A stretch of 56,301 nucleotides of DNA, the filler included, from Gonapodya sp. JEL0774 (lineage: Eukaryota): assembly GCA_027604505.1 (NCBI GenBank). It is 3 parts of 3 records of this genome, joined end to end, with 100 filler letters (N's around TTAATTAATTAA, not from the genome) between each part and the next. Parts side by side here need not be neighbours in the genome. Positions count along the whole stretch, not along the records: positions 1 to 18,961 come from JADIIX010000257.1; 2 more parts are not named here. One strand, 5' to 3'. A program made the translations under genes and the position numbers. Below are positions 1 through 13,344 of this stretch, one piece after another (position 1 is the stretch's first letter; the number at the start of each line of letters is the position of its first letter). A model generated the notes under the pieces. That model worked only from the letters and a program-made list of their open reading frames with translations, had not been told where the DNA came from and made no database searches.

Positions 1-2260
1 AGTGTCATGTTTATACATTGTTTACCTGATGTTGTGCTCTGCTGAATTAAATGTACAGGTTTACACAAATATTGCCCGCGTAGTTCTTTGCATTGCCAAA
101 GATGAACATGCTACCACAATTCATTACGTGAATGAATCTTCTGGCATGGAGGCTGTTTTAGAAATCAATATTCCCAGTGCACATGCACTTTGGACGTCTG
201 CAGCTATGAACAGGACATATGGCACAGAGGTTATGCATGGGATCGCCTCACAATCATCCACTTTCATTTCAATGACTTTAGATGTTCAAGTAATGGCAGC
301 AACGCCCGAGTTTATGGGAGTCGTTTCTTTACCCAACTGCTCCAATGATTTTTACAAACCCTACCTATGACACTGCAGTTGTCACTGTGGAGGGTTACGC
401 TCCCTCAGTATCACTTTTTCAGCAGCTAAAGACTGCGAGTAAGTCATGGTGTTCCTAACCATTCCTGAAATACTCATTTGGACTTTTTTTTGCAATATGA
501 TCTTAGATAAGATTGTATTTGATAAAGAAACAAACTCTTACATGTCTGATAGGGCAAAGTTTAGAAGAGATTGTAAGTGGTCCTGATGTTTTAGACTAGA
601 ATTGACAAGATTCCCCAATGCCTGTTGTCATTATTTTCCACCTTTTTTTAGCAGGGAACAAGCTAAAATTTGATCCAATTAGTGGCACTATGTTGAGGAG
701 TAGAGTGCTTGGTGGACAACATGGTGAGTTGTTTAGTGCTGCAGTATGGACAAATTTTAAAAGTTTATATGTTTTATCATGAATTATGGATGGCTCAGCT
801 ACCCCAAAACTCGTACCAAACCTTTACGGTGAGGTGAAAGAGTATTGCAGGCAACATTGTTGGGAAACAGGACAAGTAGGTCACATAACTGGGTGCAATG
901 CAGTACTTTTATTGCATACCCAACCTGTTCATCTTCAGAGGAACACCAAAGTTTTTGATGGCAAGAAAGTCATTGCTGTTTGCACCTGCTGCCATCACTA
1001 CATTATCATGGGCGATAAATCTTATGCTGCAGATGGAGTGCTACAGGGCCGATTATTCCATACAAGATCCTGTGAATCTCGGGAACCTGGCAGAGCCCAG
1101 ATGTTGCCTCTTGAATGTGATCCACTATATTTGAAAGGTTCTTTCAAAACAAATGTACAACCATCAGCTTACACTCCTCCTTCTACTTTCATCAAATTGA
1201 TGGAGGAATGTGTAGAGGACAATTTTTGCATTGAGAGGAGAAAAATTTCTGTGGACCATCTGTAAACCCCACATAGCGCCTTACATAATTTTAAGGAAAC
1301 ATTCTGCTTTAAAGGGAGGCATACTCAAACTTCGTGATATGTGAATTAGCTGACCTATGATCTATTGCACTTTTTTACACCCCTAATGCAACTGACAACC
1401 CATATCCTGTAAATGAGTACCCCATGCACAAAATTAGAGCAGAGAAAGACTAAGCACCCTGTGCATGGCATCACGACTGGTGTGGCTTGGAGCATTCCAG
1501 ATCGCAGGAAGAGCGTGCTGTGATGTCCTGTACTAGAGGAGACTTGGATGTCAAGCGATATATATGATAGCTAGCCCGTACAGATGTAGTGCACCAGAAA
1601 TATCTCCCAGACTGTGGTCACCTAATAGGTGTCGGTACACCACAGCGCTCCTGACACTTCTGGTAGATCTGCAGCAAAGGTGCTGAAGGGAGCATCAGCT
1701 CTATTCCAAATCCCATAACCGGGTGAATGAAGGCGGTGTATGCGTGGGCTGCTGGTTGTGGTGCCTGTCCAGTAATGTTGAACCCCACAGACTTCAAGTT
1801 GGCACCGGCACCGGAACCAGATCAGGAACTGGCGCATTCCAGCAGGTGCCCCTCCCCGTGCTTGTCCAGGTGCAGCAAGTGCCCATCCAACAATAGCGCA
1901 AACAGCAGCGCCTGTTCAATGAGGAGGAAGAGTACTCGGCTGGGTGGGACTAGTCAGGGGCCAGGCCGGTCCCTAAGCCAAGAAAAAGAACCACTGGGAA
2001 CGGGAAAGGGGACAGAAACGCGGGGGCTGGGTCAGGGGCAGGATCATCACCCACATCCAGTGCAGAGGGTGTCGCTGCCCCCTGCACCATAGCCTGCGCC
2101 TGAGGATGCGCCAAGTCTGGCAACCTCTTGTTGGCGCACTTGCCCGGGAGTTATCCAACGTCACTGCCTCCTCAGTCACAACCAGTAGCACCATTAAACA
2201 GTGGGAGCACTCGAATACAGGGATCAGGACCATGCACCTTTATGTTGTGTGACGTCACCC
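1..2260 (+). pseudogene. Degenerate, CpG-poor coding relic (probable decayed repeat/TE-associated gene; family not identified)
   Basis: Overlapping ORF fragments at 2-370 and 786-1265. One frame from ~1370 to 2092 (ALFYTPNATDNPYPVNEYPMHKIRAEKD*APCAWHHDWCG...MKAVYAWAAGCGAC) is broken by TAA/TGA/TAG stops, each one C>T change from CAA/CGA/CAG. CG is visibly scarce and TG/CA abundant compared with the neighbouring genes. Confidence 0.5.
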
Positions 2261-2857
2261 TAACAGGCAGGAGACGTGCCAGAGCATCTTATACAGGTAG
2301 CTTTCACAGTATTTCTGGGTGAAAACAACAATCTCTATCTGGAAAGCGCGCTCACTCTTGCGTATCTTATTTGGGAACGGGCCAAAAACGTGAGCGACCG
2401 CTGTGCCACAGAACGAAAGCCCCACAGTGGCTGTTCAATTGTGTGCAGGAGAAATGATTTGAATTAACATTCAAATCGACATAGAGATTTGCTATTAAAA
2501 CAATTGTATGGCTCTGGCATCGTGATAGTGCACCCCGCCCATGAAAGTTCCGAAACCGTCAGCGAGCCTGTAGGGCGCTCCGCGTGCAGACTGGAGCTGC
2601 TTGAATATGGACGGCTGCTCATGCGAGTTTGAGCCTCTCTGTAGGTGTCAAAAGAGTTGCGGAATGCTTGCTTGCACTCGCGGGGATAATGGACAGCAGC
2701 AGACCCTTTTCATCAAAGGACGGAATTTTCATTGCACTCGACCATAATACATGCCATCAGTATGTGTATTATTATTGTATGTTGGGTGGTTCTGATTTGC
2801 CGACTAGTTTTAGTTCGACCCTCATTCGATGAACATCCCTCTCCGTCTCGATCTCGA

Positions 2858-5604
2858 ATGATGAGATTCAAGTTGACGCATAATTCCCTTCCCATCGTTC
2901 TCTCTACTCTTTGTTTTCTTGGACTCGTGGCTCACGTGCAGGCATCTCCAATTGCTCCTTGCGGTACGCTGGTTCATTTGTTCCTTCTTATGGAACTCAG
3001 GTGTGTCGTTCTGATCACCTCTGGGATCTTCACAGCGTCCGAGTATTGGATTAATTCTCTGCCTGGCTTGCCTGATTCGGATAACTTGTTCAACCAATGG
3101 GCGGGGTGAAGTATCACTTCGTCGCGTTGTGATGAAGAACAACGCTGCAACTTTCTCGCACTCCTTTCTCTTGTTTCCAACCTCGACAGGCATGTTACAG
3201 TTGATAATGTCACAAACTCCAATATTTTTTTCTGGCTCGTCGCCAGCGAATTCAACCAACCCCGACAAAAGTTGGTCATCTGGCTCAATGGTGGACCAGG
3301 TGGGAGAATGAGGGCAGACTTTACGACGGATCATTCCCCCTTGGTAATGCTCGTCAATCATTGACAAGGCTGCTCATCTATGGATGGGGTGTTCATGGAG
3401 ACTGTGAGCTGACAGAAGCATAAAGTATATTTGCGTTCGTAACGATTCCGTCAATCTCGCATCAGGGGCCATTTCGTCTCGCAGAAACAGGCGGTACTGT
3501 GTCCGTACGCTTGAACCCGAAATCGTGGTATCAATACGCAAATGTTTTATTTGGTGCGCGGATTGTGTCGAATTCTGGGAAAGGGGCCTTCGTTTTGACA
3601 CTTTGTGGCAGTGGACCAACCTGTTGGAACTGGATTTAGCTATACGCAAAACGGATACGCGAAGACGATCACCGAAGTAAATCACCCTTCTATTTTTATC
3701 GGTGGACGTTTGGTCACTATCACTTCGGAAGGCCAAATCAATGTTCATCACATTCTTGGACCGATGGCTCGCGGTGTTCCCACAGTTTAGGAAATCTGAA
3801 GTGAGATTATTATCTATACGAATGGCACATCTCTTTCGTTTAATCAGAAAGGTCCATTCGCAGGTTTATCTTGCAGGAGAGAGTTACGCCGGGGTTTACA
3901 TTCCTTATTTTGCAGAGGCGATGTTAAAGTGGGGTAAGGTAACTATCACTTACCGGAATGTGTTTATGAAACCTTCACCATGAGCTTGGCAAAGCTCTCC
4001 CTCTCTGGAATCGCAATAGGCAATGGTTGGATAGATCCGCTACGACAGGTCCGTATGTCTAGTGATTGGGACAAGCAGAGCAAAGCATCAAATTGAACTT
4101 TTGTCGGCGTTGTTTTTGCATCAGTATGACAGTTACACCGACTTCTCCCTTCAAAACAATCTTGTCAGTGGCAGGTTTCTGGACAGCATGATTGCGGACA
4201 CGAGACAGTGCCGCGAAGAATATTCCAAGGGTGCTGAACGATTAAAGGTGGACGTGTGTGAAGACATCCTGAACCAAGTCCTTGCGCAATCGAGGTCCAG
4301 GTGAGCTTGTATTTGCACAGAAACCGTCCTGGCTAGACTTGACTTGACGCTCTGTTTAGTGACGGACTGTGCTTGAATGTTTATGATATCCGATTGAAGG
4401 ACGACACAGCAACGGGCGGTATGTGTGCTAATATGGGTCGCAAAGGGTTGCCAACAGATAACATCAAGTGACCTTGTGGCAGGTTGCGGACTCTACAGCT
4501 GGCCACCTGGAGTGACAGAGACTAAAAAGTAATTGAATGTCTGATATCTGATGTCGCTTGTTTGATAAATCATTGAAATCGTTAGGTATTTACAGGCAAG
4601 TGAACACTTCCAAATCATATTTTCTGAAGTTTTCAAAAAATTGCCGCCATAGCAACCCGCAGTTATTGAAGCCATCCACGCAACTGGAAAGTCCAGCCCC
4701 TGGATTGAGTGTGACAACGCGGTGTACGAGGGACTCCGGGACGACGACACGTTACCTTCATATACTATTCTACCGGACCTCCTCACGAAGCTGCGAGTGC
4801 TTGTGTTTGTTGGTGATAAAGATCTCATTTGTAATAATTTGGGGCTGGAGTACATGATTGACAATCTGGTGAGTTGGTAGTTAAATTTCTCCGCTGGATT
4901 CAGTATTCATGCTAAGGAAGGGTTCTAGACTTGGAATGGCGCCAAAGGTTTCACTGTAAGTGCATCTCTCGTGGCTACGCACTCGAACCACCAAAGAACT
5001 TTTCGGATAGGTCCGACCATTAGAGTGGCTTATCAACGACCGGATCGTGGGCCTCAACCAAACCGAACGCAACTTAACTTATGTACGGATATTTGGAGGA
5101 TCACACATGCCTGCCGTTGAAAGTCCTGAGCAAATGTTCGAGATGATGAACAGGTTCATGGGAATCGAAGTAAACAGAGCCTCACAATCAAACGACACCT
5201 GGGTGAGTCTGACGTCTTAAGCGAGGGCGTGTTGTGAGCATATGTCGGTCATTCTTCTCGCGTAGTTGCCCACAACACCCGACTCTCGAGCTAGAAAAGT
5301 TTACACAGCGTAAGTGGATACCAAAAAGCCTTATAGAGCCCACACTGACAGTGCCAGATTTGCAGCGGAGGCGCAGTTTTGGCTGTTGTTATTTGCGGAG
5401 CAGCAATTTCAGGTCTGTATTAATCAATTAGAGACACCACATTGCAAACTGACTGCAAACATTGATGCCACAACAGCCTTTCTGTATTATCGGGGATGGC
5501 GTATTACCCGGCGAGACCGCGACGGGCAAACGAAAACAATGAAAGTAGATGATGAATTTCTCGAAGATGACGAAGATGACAGTTTGCCGTTGCGCCCGGG
5601 ATAA
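2858..5604 (+). CDS. KEX1: Kex1-like serine carboxypeptidase (peptidase S10), multi-exon, with signal peptide, C-terminal TM helix and acidic tail
   Basis: Signal peptide MMRFKLTHNSLPIVLSTLCFLGLVAHVQA. S10 motifs across exons: WLNGGPG (~3280), VDQPVGTGFSY, GESYAG (catalytic Ser), GNGWIDP, GDKDLICN (Asp), GGSHMP (His). Spliced TM segment AGGAVLAVVICGAAISAFLYYR, followed by the DDEFLEDDEDD tail typical of Kex1. Confidence 0.88.
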
Positions 5605-5875
5605 AGCGTTGAGAATGTAAATATGATTGATTTGATGGCCTCCAAGGTACTACTATCCTGTGGCCTTCCTCAGACGAACTTCGAACTTTTGAAGTGACGC
5701 TGTGAACCCAACCGGCACCATATTTGGCTCGCTACGCGGCGCTAGTCGCTCTCTAGGTGATCAGGAAAGGCGAAGGAGGGAAAACGGCATCGTAGACAGA
5801 AATCTCCCTCCGTCGAGGGTCAGGAGAGAGCTTTCAAGAAGGAACCCAACCTTTCCCTTTTTCCACTTCGCAGTC

Positions 5876-7689
5876 ATGACCAACCGTCGTGTAAGTACAA
5901 GGGAAACACCTGTTGGTTTTTATGTCCGATCTGTTGCATGTGAACTCAGAAAGCGATATATTTCCATTGCTTGGCATATTCGTCCTCAAAGATCACAAGA
6001 ATTGAGAGCGCACAAGGGTCGCTCGAGTATACTCCTGAAGATGCTTCTCTGGCAAATTTCGTTTCGCCCGCTGCAGAACCTACGTCTCGAACTCTTCGTC
6101 GCACCACTCGAAGTCAACAGCCATGGACTGATCTAGAAGACAAAGTCTTGATGCACATGTTCTCACCGGATCCCGACGCGCGCAAAAGCTTTGAGTTTAC
6201 TATGACTGGAACGTTTCCAACGGATATCTCCGATTTCAGCTCCCGCATTGGATGGGTTCGTATCACTTGATGACGGCCCAAAGCATCCGCGATGTTGTAC
6301 AATAAACTATTTTGTGTTCTGATTCTAGTCCTATTCCACTGTGCAAGTTGCAAAGTTTCTGCAGCGCCCCGTAATTCAAGTACTGTCCCGACTTCGAGTT
6401 CTTCATGACACGCGTCGCTTTTTCTCTACTCAAAAGGGGAATTCTTCTTCGAATGCTCCTAGCATTGCAATGTCAAGCGAAGATGGCTACATGGCATCAC
6501 TTGAAGAATGCTGGGAAGCCAATCTATTCCTTGCACGACAACTCACGAAACCCGAGAAAGCCTGGATGTGCGAGTCTTACAAGAGAACACGTGATGTAGT
6601 ACTCACGAGTCACACTGCAAATCGATCTCAGCAGTTTATCTGGGCTTTGCTGATTGACGAGTGGGACACCCGTAATACCACGAATGTGCGGGCGGTGGGT
6701 TCTGTTGCATATGTTTTTCCCAATCGTGAAATGATTTACCGTAAATAATCATTACAGAAGCGAACGGTCTTGGGTCGTCAATGGAGCCCCGAAGGTCCCC
6801 TTAACGGTTCATTCGGGATCTCATCTCGATACCCTTCCTCAAGTCCGCTGATTTCGACCAATCGTCCAAGATTCGGATCACCTGGTTTCGTAGTGACTGT
6901 GCAAGTGTCGCAAGCTCTACCAAGGTCCTCTCTTGTGTCGACATCATCTCCGAGCGAGCGTGCGTCCACCACTACAACCCTCGGTGTTTCCACAACGTCG
7001 TTAGCCCCTTCACGAAGTCACAGAGATTTGTCAAGTTCTTCGGAAATATCCCAACCCGCTGTCCCTTCAACACTCCGGGCGTTTTCTCCACGGAGGAACC
7101 ATGCCACCAATGTCACGCAACGTGTTCGAACGATTGCCTCTCTTCCACCGCCACCGGCTGAGGGACTTGAACACCAGGGGAGGCACATTCATCACATATC
7201 CGCGTTATCACGAATCTCTTCCACACCCAGTGTTCTCGGTGCTCAGTTAAGGTCCGGTGCGGCGAATTCTTCGAGAAATCAACAAAGCCAAGGAGCCCTT
7301 GTTCAACGGTCCGTAACAGAAGCCGCGTCGCCCCAAAGATCTCGCACAGCCAGTGTTGTTCGCAACCAGGCGTCGCCGCAAAGATCAGAGGCACTAGCGA
7401 GTTCCCATCCCTCTGTTTCCAAATCGTCTCACACCGTTATCAATGATGAATGTGTCATTTGGTGAGTGCCATATGCTCGAGATTTTGCTCATGCTCAGGC
7501 AATCAATTCTTTTGCATCGTTTAAACCAGTTTGTCCAACTCCCGGACCTTCGCTGGCATTCCATGTGGGCACAAGGTGTACTGCAGTACATGTGCCACAA
7601 ATATCGAGAAACGAAGGCAAACAGGATCATTTCTAACTTGCCCAATCTGCAGAGGGAATTGTACGAGCATAATCAGGATTTATGACTAG
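5876..7689 (+). CDS. Protein with N-terminal Myb/SANT-like segment, long Ser/Arg-rich linker and C-terminal C3HC4 RING finger
   Basis: QPWTDLEDKVL...VAKFLQRPVIQVLSRL resembles a Myb/SANT repeat. The last exon, not shown in the ORF track, completes ECVIC|LSNSRTFAGIPCGHKVYCSTCATNIEKRRQTGSFLTCPICRGNCTSIIRIYD* (TAG 7687-7689), a RING-HC pattern. The start codon is tentative. Confidence 0.7.
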
Positions 7690-7828
7690 AAAGAATCACA
7701 CATTGTGATGGTACCGGAAATACACCAGTTCAGTTTTGAGAGCTACATGCTATTTTTGTAGAGCCCGAACAGTTTTTTAAAAATATGAAATGAATCTTAG
7801 TAGCCATGGCTTGCAAAGCAGATCCCGA

Positions 7829-9989
7829 CTACACTCTGCGACGGATCCGACACATATACTTGTTGCTCTTGAGCATAAGGCTGAAAAGCAGCAGGGTCAG
7901 TTCATTAATTATCAACGTATGGAACACTAATATAGAAATTACCCACTTGACTAGATGGCATTTCCGATTGAAGGCGGAGGCCGAGAAATGTGAAGATGAG
8001 TGGTGGGAAGGTGACATCAAGATTGGCTACGAACTCACTCCAAATCCCACACTCCTCATCTTGACCAGGGATATCCTCAAAATCATACCGCCGAAGAAGG
8101 TTAGCTACCAGAACTCGCATTTCCTGCCACGCAAAGTTCTAGAAATCGAGGCACCAAACAGGGTCAAGGCAACTGGTTACTCGTTCTTCGTTCCGGTTCG
8201 CCCCTACCTTTCCGATGCAGTTCCTCGAGCCAAGTGAAAACGGTGCGAAAGCTCCGATCTCGTCCCCATCCCCCGCTGCCCCAAATCTATCTGGGTTGAA
8301 GTCATCGGGATTCTTCCACCAGGGACCTCGGTGGAGTGCGTATCGGCACACATTCACCTCGGTGCCGGCTGGAATTTGATACCCTCCAAGGACTGTATCT
8401 CGTGGCGCCACACGCTGGAAATCCCGACCTGTTCCCAGACGCAACGCCTCCTTTTGGCACGAGGAGAGATAGGGAAGGCCTTTGACGTCGGATTGCAAGA
8501 CGAGACCCTGGGGATCTGGCTTGCATGTATCCAATTCAGCCTGACATTTTTTGAGGATGTCGGGGTTCTGAATGAGATATTTTAATGTGAAGCCCATCGC
8601 CTAAACGGAATTTCACGTAAGTGCTATGACTTCAGCATCCAAGGAGAAACATAAATACAAACACCCGCAGTGCTGTCTGCACCAGCAACTAGCAAACCAA
8701 AGAGATTGTGATATATGGTCGAGGTTTCAATCTTCTCGCCATCGTTGTAGACACCATCGACGAGATGCTGTAGGTTGTCGAACCGCCGGTTCTCCGGAAT
8801 CTTACGCTCCGCCACAATTTCCTTGCAGAGATTGAGTGCCATGTCTTCTTTCTTTTTGTACTCTGTGTTAACTTTGAGGAAGGGTACTTTTCGGATGATT
8901 GGAAGAGATGCAGTGGAGGACAGATACTTGAATGTGCTCTCCACAAAGTCAACGATGGGTGGATGTGGGTTTCGGATAGAATCGAAAGGCCGACCGTATG
9001 TGGTAATACCTAAAATGTGTGACACGAGACATTTGCATGGCTCATCGCCGATCCTCGCCATGAAGTATTTCTTACCTAGAACATCCGTCCCAGCACCATG
9101 AAGTAGTGTCCAAATATCAACAGTGGCCACACCACCAGCTTGGTCAATGAGCTCATCGATGTACTTTTGCAAATCGAAAAACACTGCCTGCATCAGTGGC
9201 TCCATTTTGGCGACCCCACTGATACTGAAGCCACCCGACTGTCCAATAAAAGTGGAGTTTGCTGGGTCACATGCACAAGTTAGAATAGCAAGAACAAGCA
9301 ATGTCGTTTACCATCAGTCGCCGCAGACGTTTGTGCTCATCCCTTTCAACAATACTGAAGAGAGCTTCGCGCATGTTGGGTCCGAACAACCAGCGTGCGT
9401 TTTCGCTCTGTCAAGGTATACGTGACCAAAACAGAGTGAGAAGATGATGAGCGCCAGATAGAGTCTGACATTGAATTGATCACCTTCGGATAGTCTTCTT
9501 TTATGATGACTTCAGCAACCATTTCTGGTGCACGTACAGAGATTGCGTTGGCACCCGTGCGAACAACGTCTCCATATTTGTAGTGTTGTTGGTTTCGCAC
9601 TACGTGAGGCTTGTGGCCTGTTGTAACGGGTTTCCATTACATCGCCACATCGAGCTTTCAGGAGCGTGACTGGACACACCTCCGAGAGCAAAATAGCGCT
9701 CATAGAATAAAGCGTACTGTAAACGGCGCCAAGAAATAGTGTGAGCTTCAGAAAGCGACGGCCAGTCTAATTCTGCAGACAATTCGGCACAAAGACATCC
9801 CGATCAACTGACCTGACCAAAAACAATGTACGATTTGGGCCCTGGTACATGCCTCAAAGGACTCACAAAGAACGCATCAATGAGATAAACGATATACTGG
9901 ATGACTCGGTAGGTGAAGAACGCGAGTGCGAGTGTCTGCAAGCTTTGCCATGGGTTCGCCAGTGCGTGCTCAATAATCTTGGGCGCCAT
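7829..9989 (-). CDS. Cytochrome P450 monooxygenase, multi-exon
   Basis: N-terminal membrane anchor plus SPLRHVPGP, I-helix AGADST, K-helix KEALRL (ExxR), FNPDRF meander and heme motif FSLGSRNCIG. Confidence 0.95.
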
Positions 9990-10531
9990 AGCCGGGAAAT
10001 TAGTGAATCAGTACTAGAAAGATGCGTAACTCAAGAGATACGGGAATGGCGATGCAATTTTGGGGTCTTTTATCAAGTTCGGCGACTGGGCGGAGACCCA
10101 GATGCTCCGGTTCGTTGTTTCACACACGCACCAAAGCAACAAGTCAGAAGGACCTTGATCGCTCTCTCTTCCACATAAGGAGTTTAGACTTGACCGTATA
10201 TCTTACGCGAGTGTTTTCTGAGAGGGTTGAGTCGTCCGACAAAGTGTGAAAGGATGCATGAGCCCGTTTCGAGTGAGAGGAACATTACATGGACAAGATG
10301 AGAGCACGATGAAGAACGTTCAACAAAAGTTAGGTGCTCTTTGTCTGTAGATACTAAAAGCTGACAAGAAGTGCAATAATTAATCTAAGACTGAGGAGAA
10401 GAGTCAAGTTCATTTTTTTTTTTTGGTGTGATCAAGCGAGAGCCAAACCATTCTTCGGCGCAACTCTCAAAGCTCCGCGCTCTTTCCCCAGTCATCCCTC
10501 CTTAAGCTCACAGGAGTTTCGACTGCTGACC

Positions 10532-12991
10532 ATGGCCCGGGTTCAACTCGCTTGTGAGCGGCATATCAACGTTTACACCGTGTTTCGAATGATGCCCTCA
10601 TACTACTATTGTCGCACTTTGCCAGACCGGTCGGCTGCTGGCTTGATCGTCGCGAGTGGTCCGCCTGACGGAAACCCTTTGGAGGGATTCGAAAGGTGAG
10701 GGCCAACGTAATTCAGTTCTCTTCAGCAATTCCACGGCCAGATACACTCAGTTTACTCTATTGAATTCTCATAATATTCGCTACCAGGCCTCAGGGAAAT
10801 ATCCGGACGTTTCAGTACAGCCCGGATGGATCACGTTTGGCGTGGATTGGACCTGAAGGGTGAGCTCTCTGATTCTTGCTCCACGCCGTTTCTCAAACTC
10901 AACCTCCAGCCACCTTACGCCACTGGTGACTGATTTTGCTTGGCTACTCCGACTGACTAAAGAGTCCGAATAGTGAACGCCACGACTGGCGCGGTTCTTC
11001 GCGACATCCCGAACAAAACCATTATGGAAATTGGATTCTCTCCAAAGGGGACCTTTATTTCCACTTGGGAACGCTACCAGAAGCCAGCAAGTGACGACGC
11101 ACCTGCCCATCGCAACCTTATCATTTGGGACGTCTCATCTGGGCAGGAATGCAATTCATTCACCTCGAAGATTTTGCAGTCCAACTGGAACGTGAAATGG
11201 ACGGACGACGAGCGGTACTACGCTCGGCTGGTCACCGGGGAAGTTCAATTCTACAGCACCTTGAACAATGTCCCGGCGTCCGGAGATGCGCCTGCTGCCG
11301 TTCCTGTCGCTATTCGTATCAAACTGGACAATGTTGCAGACTTCTCTATCGCTCCGGTATCATACAACCCCTCTGTTGCTGTATTTGTTCCCGAGAAAAA
11401 GGGCCAGCCAGGCTCCGTCAAGATCTTCTCTCTGGCGACAGCTGCAACCAACTCCAATCCCGTTGCCTTGGCTGCCAAGACCTTTTTCAAAGCCGAGAAA
11501 GCTCAGTTCTTTTGGAATGGCGTCGGGTCCGCGGTGTTGGTGCTGACCCAGACCGAGGTAGCTTCAGGCAACGGCAACTACTATGGTGATACTGCTCTTT
11601 ACTATCTCTCGAACAATGGGAAGTTTGACACTCGAGTCGCTCTTGGTGAGTAAATCTTCCTTTAGGAGCTCCATGTTCCTGCATTTTAATTTTTCGGCGA
11701 GCTTCGTCTCACATTTGTGTCTTTCATCCGCCTGGCAGATGATGACGGCCCCATCCATGACGTCCACTGGCACCCAAACTCGGGGGAATTTGTCGTCACC
11801 TACGGTCGCATGCCCTCCCAAACAACCCTCTTCAACCCTTCTTGTCAGCCCGTCTACTCTTTTCCCCGACATCACCGGAACTTTGTCCGGTATAGTCCTA
11901 ACGGCCGATTGATCTGCATTGCGGGCTTTGGCAATTTGGCAGGTGACATGGACTTCTACGATCGTCGCACCCTGAAGACACTGTCTTCTGTCCATGCTCC
12001 CAACTCAACATCAGCGTCGTGGTCCCCGGATGGTCGGTACATGCTCACGGCGACATTGACGCCTCGTCTGCGTGTAGACAACGGATATCGCTTGTGGCAT
12101 TACACGGGTGTCGTAGTGGATAAGAAGGACGTGAACGAAATGTACCAGATTTCATGGAAGCCGGACGCTTCGGTAGGACGGTGGCAGGACGCGAGCACCA
12201 GAGATCTCAGCCCTCCACCGAAGGGTGTTGAGGAACTGCACGGTGAGAATGGTGTGCATGCCAACGGCAACGGCGCTTCTGCGGCCTCGCCAGCCAAGCC
12301 TGTCCGCCCTGCGGGTAAATATATTCCCCCAGGTGCCCGGGATCGGGACGCGGCCAGTGCTGGTGTATTGTACGGCAGACGAGAGGATGGTGGACTCCCC
12401 GGTCTCGCGGGACTGGAGCAGCACCTGGAGAGGAACGCCGGTGGAGGGCAAAGAGATGTACCTGGTTATGGAAGAGAGGCCAGGCAGGGCCAGGGCCAAA
12501 ACCAAGGTCAAGGTGGACAAGGCAAGCGTGAACGCAATCCGTACCAAACCGGACAGGGTGCTTCTGGAGGTGGCGGCGGCGGTCGAGGAGGAGCTCAGGG
12601 CGGGGGCAGGCAAGGAAACCGGAATAACCAACCCCCGCCACCCAGTGCTCCCACTGGAGCGAACGGATTCTCGAGCGAGTTGCCAGCCAACGGGGTTCCT
12701 GCTATGCCTGCTCCGCAACAGGTGGCAAAAGACCCAGCTGTGGCTGAGGCTGAGAAAAAACTGAGGGTGGTGCAAAAGAAGCTCAAGGAGATCCACGATT
12801 TGAGGGCCAAGATGGCTGCGGGACAGAAATTGGAGTTAACCCAGGTGAGTCATGCTTTATTCGCTGGAAGAATCTTTCTAACACGACAATCCTGACACAA
12901 GATATCCAAAATGGAGAAAGAAGCTGATTTCCTACTCGAACTCGAATCCCTCACTGCGGGCATGAAAAAGCTCGTCTCCTCCTTCACGTGA
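10532..12991 (+). CDS. EIF2A: Eukaryotic translation initiation factor 2A (beta-propeller)
   Basis: Motifs FSPKGTFISTWERY, KTFFKAEKAQFFWN, YYGDTALYYL, GPIHDVHWHP, IAGFGNLAGDMDFYD and TATLTPRLRVDNGYRLWHYTG, plus the C-terminal coiled coil KKLRVVQKKLKEIHDL...LELTQ. GT-AG introns join the ORF pieces. Confidence 0.95.
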
Positions 12992-13344
12992 CGGTAATAT
13001 CACGGCATCCGCGTCTCGGACCACCTCAACTTGTCCCGCATGCACCTTTTGGCATCGGTATCACACTCAAATATCGGAAATTGAATATGGTTGTGCATGT
13101 AACTGATACAACTAGATATGCGTTTGCCGTGACCGGCTTGATGAAGTTCTATTATAAACCCACACATCTCTCGTATTTATACTCGACCAAGGATGGTATT
13201 ACGGTGAGCCCAGTACAAGCCCACTTCATGTAATGAGTATATCATCAATGAGGAACAGCGAAGCTCCATCCTTTTATCACCAATGGAACAGCGCCACAGA
13301 ACCTAGTCTACGTGAATAGTTCATATAAACAAACCACTAAATGT

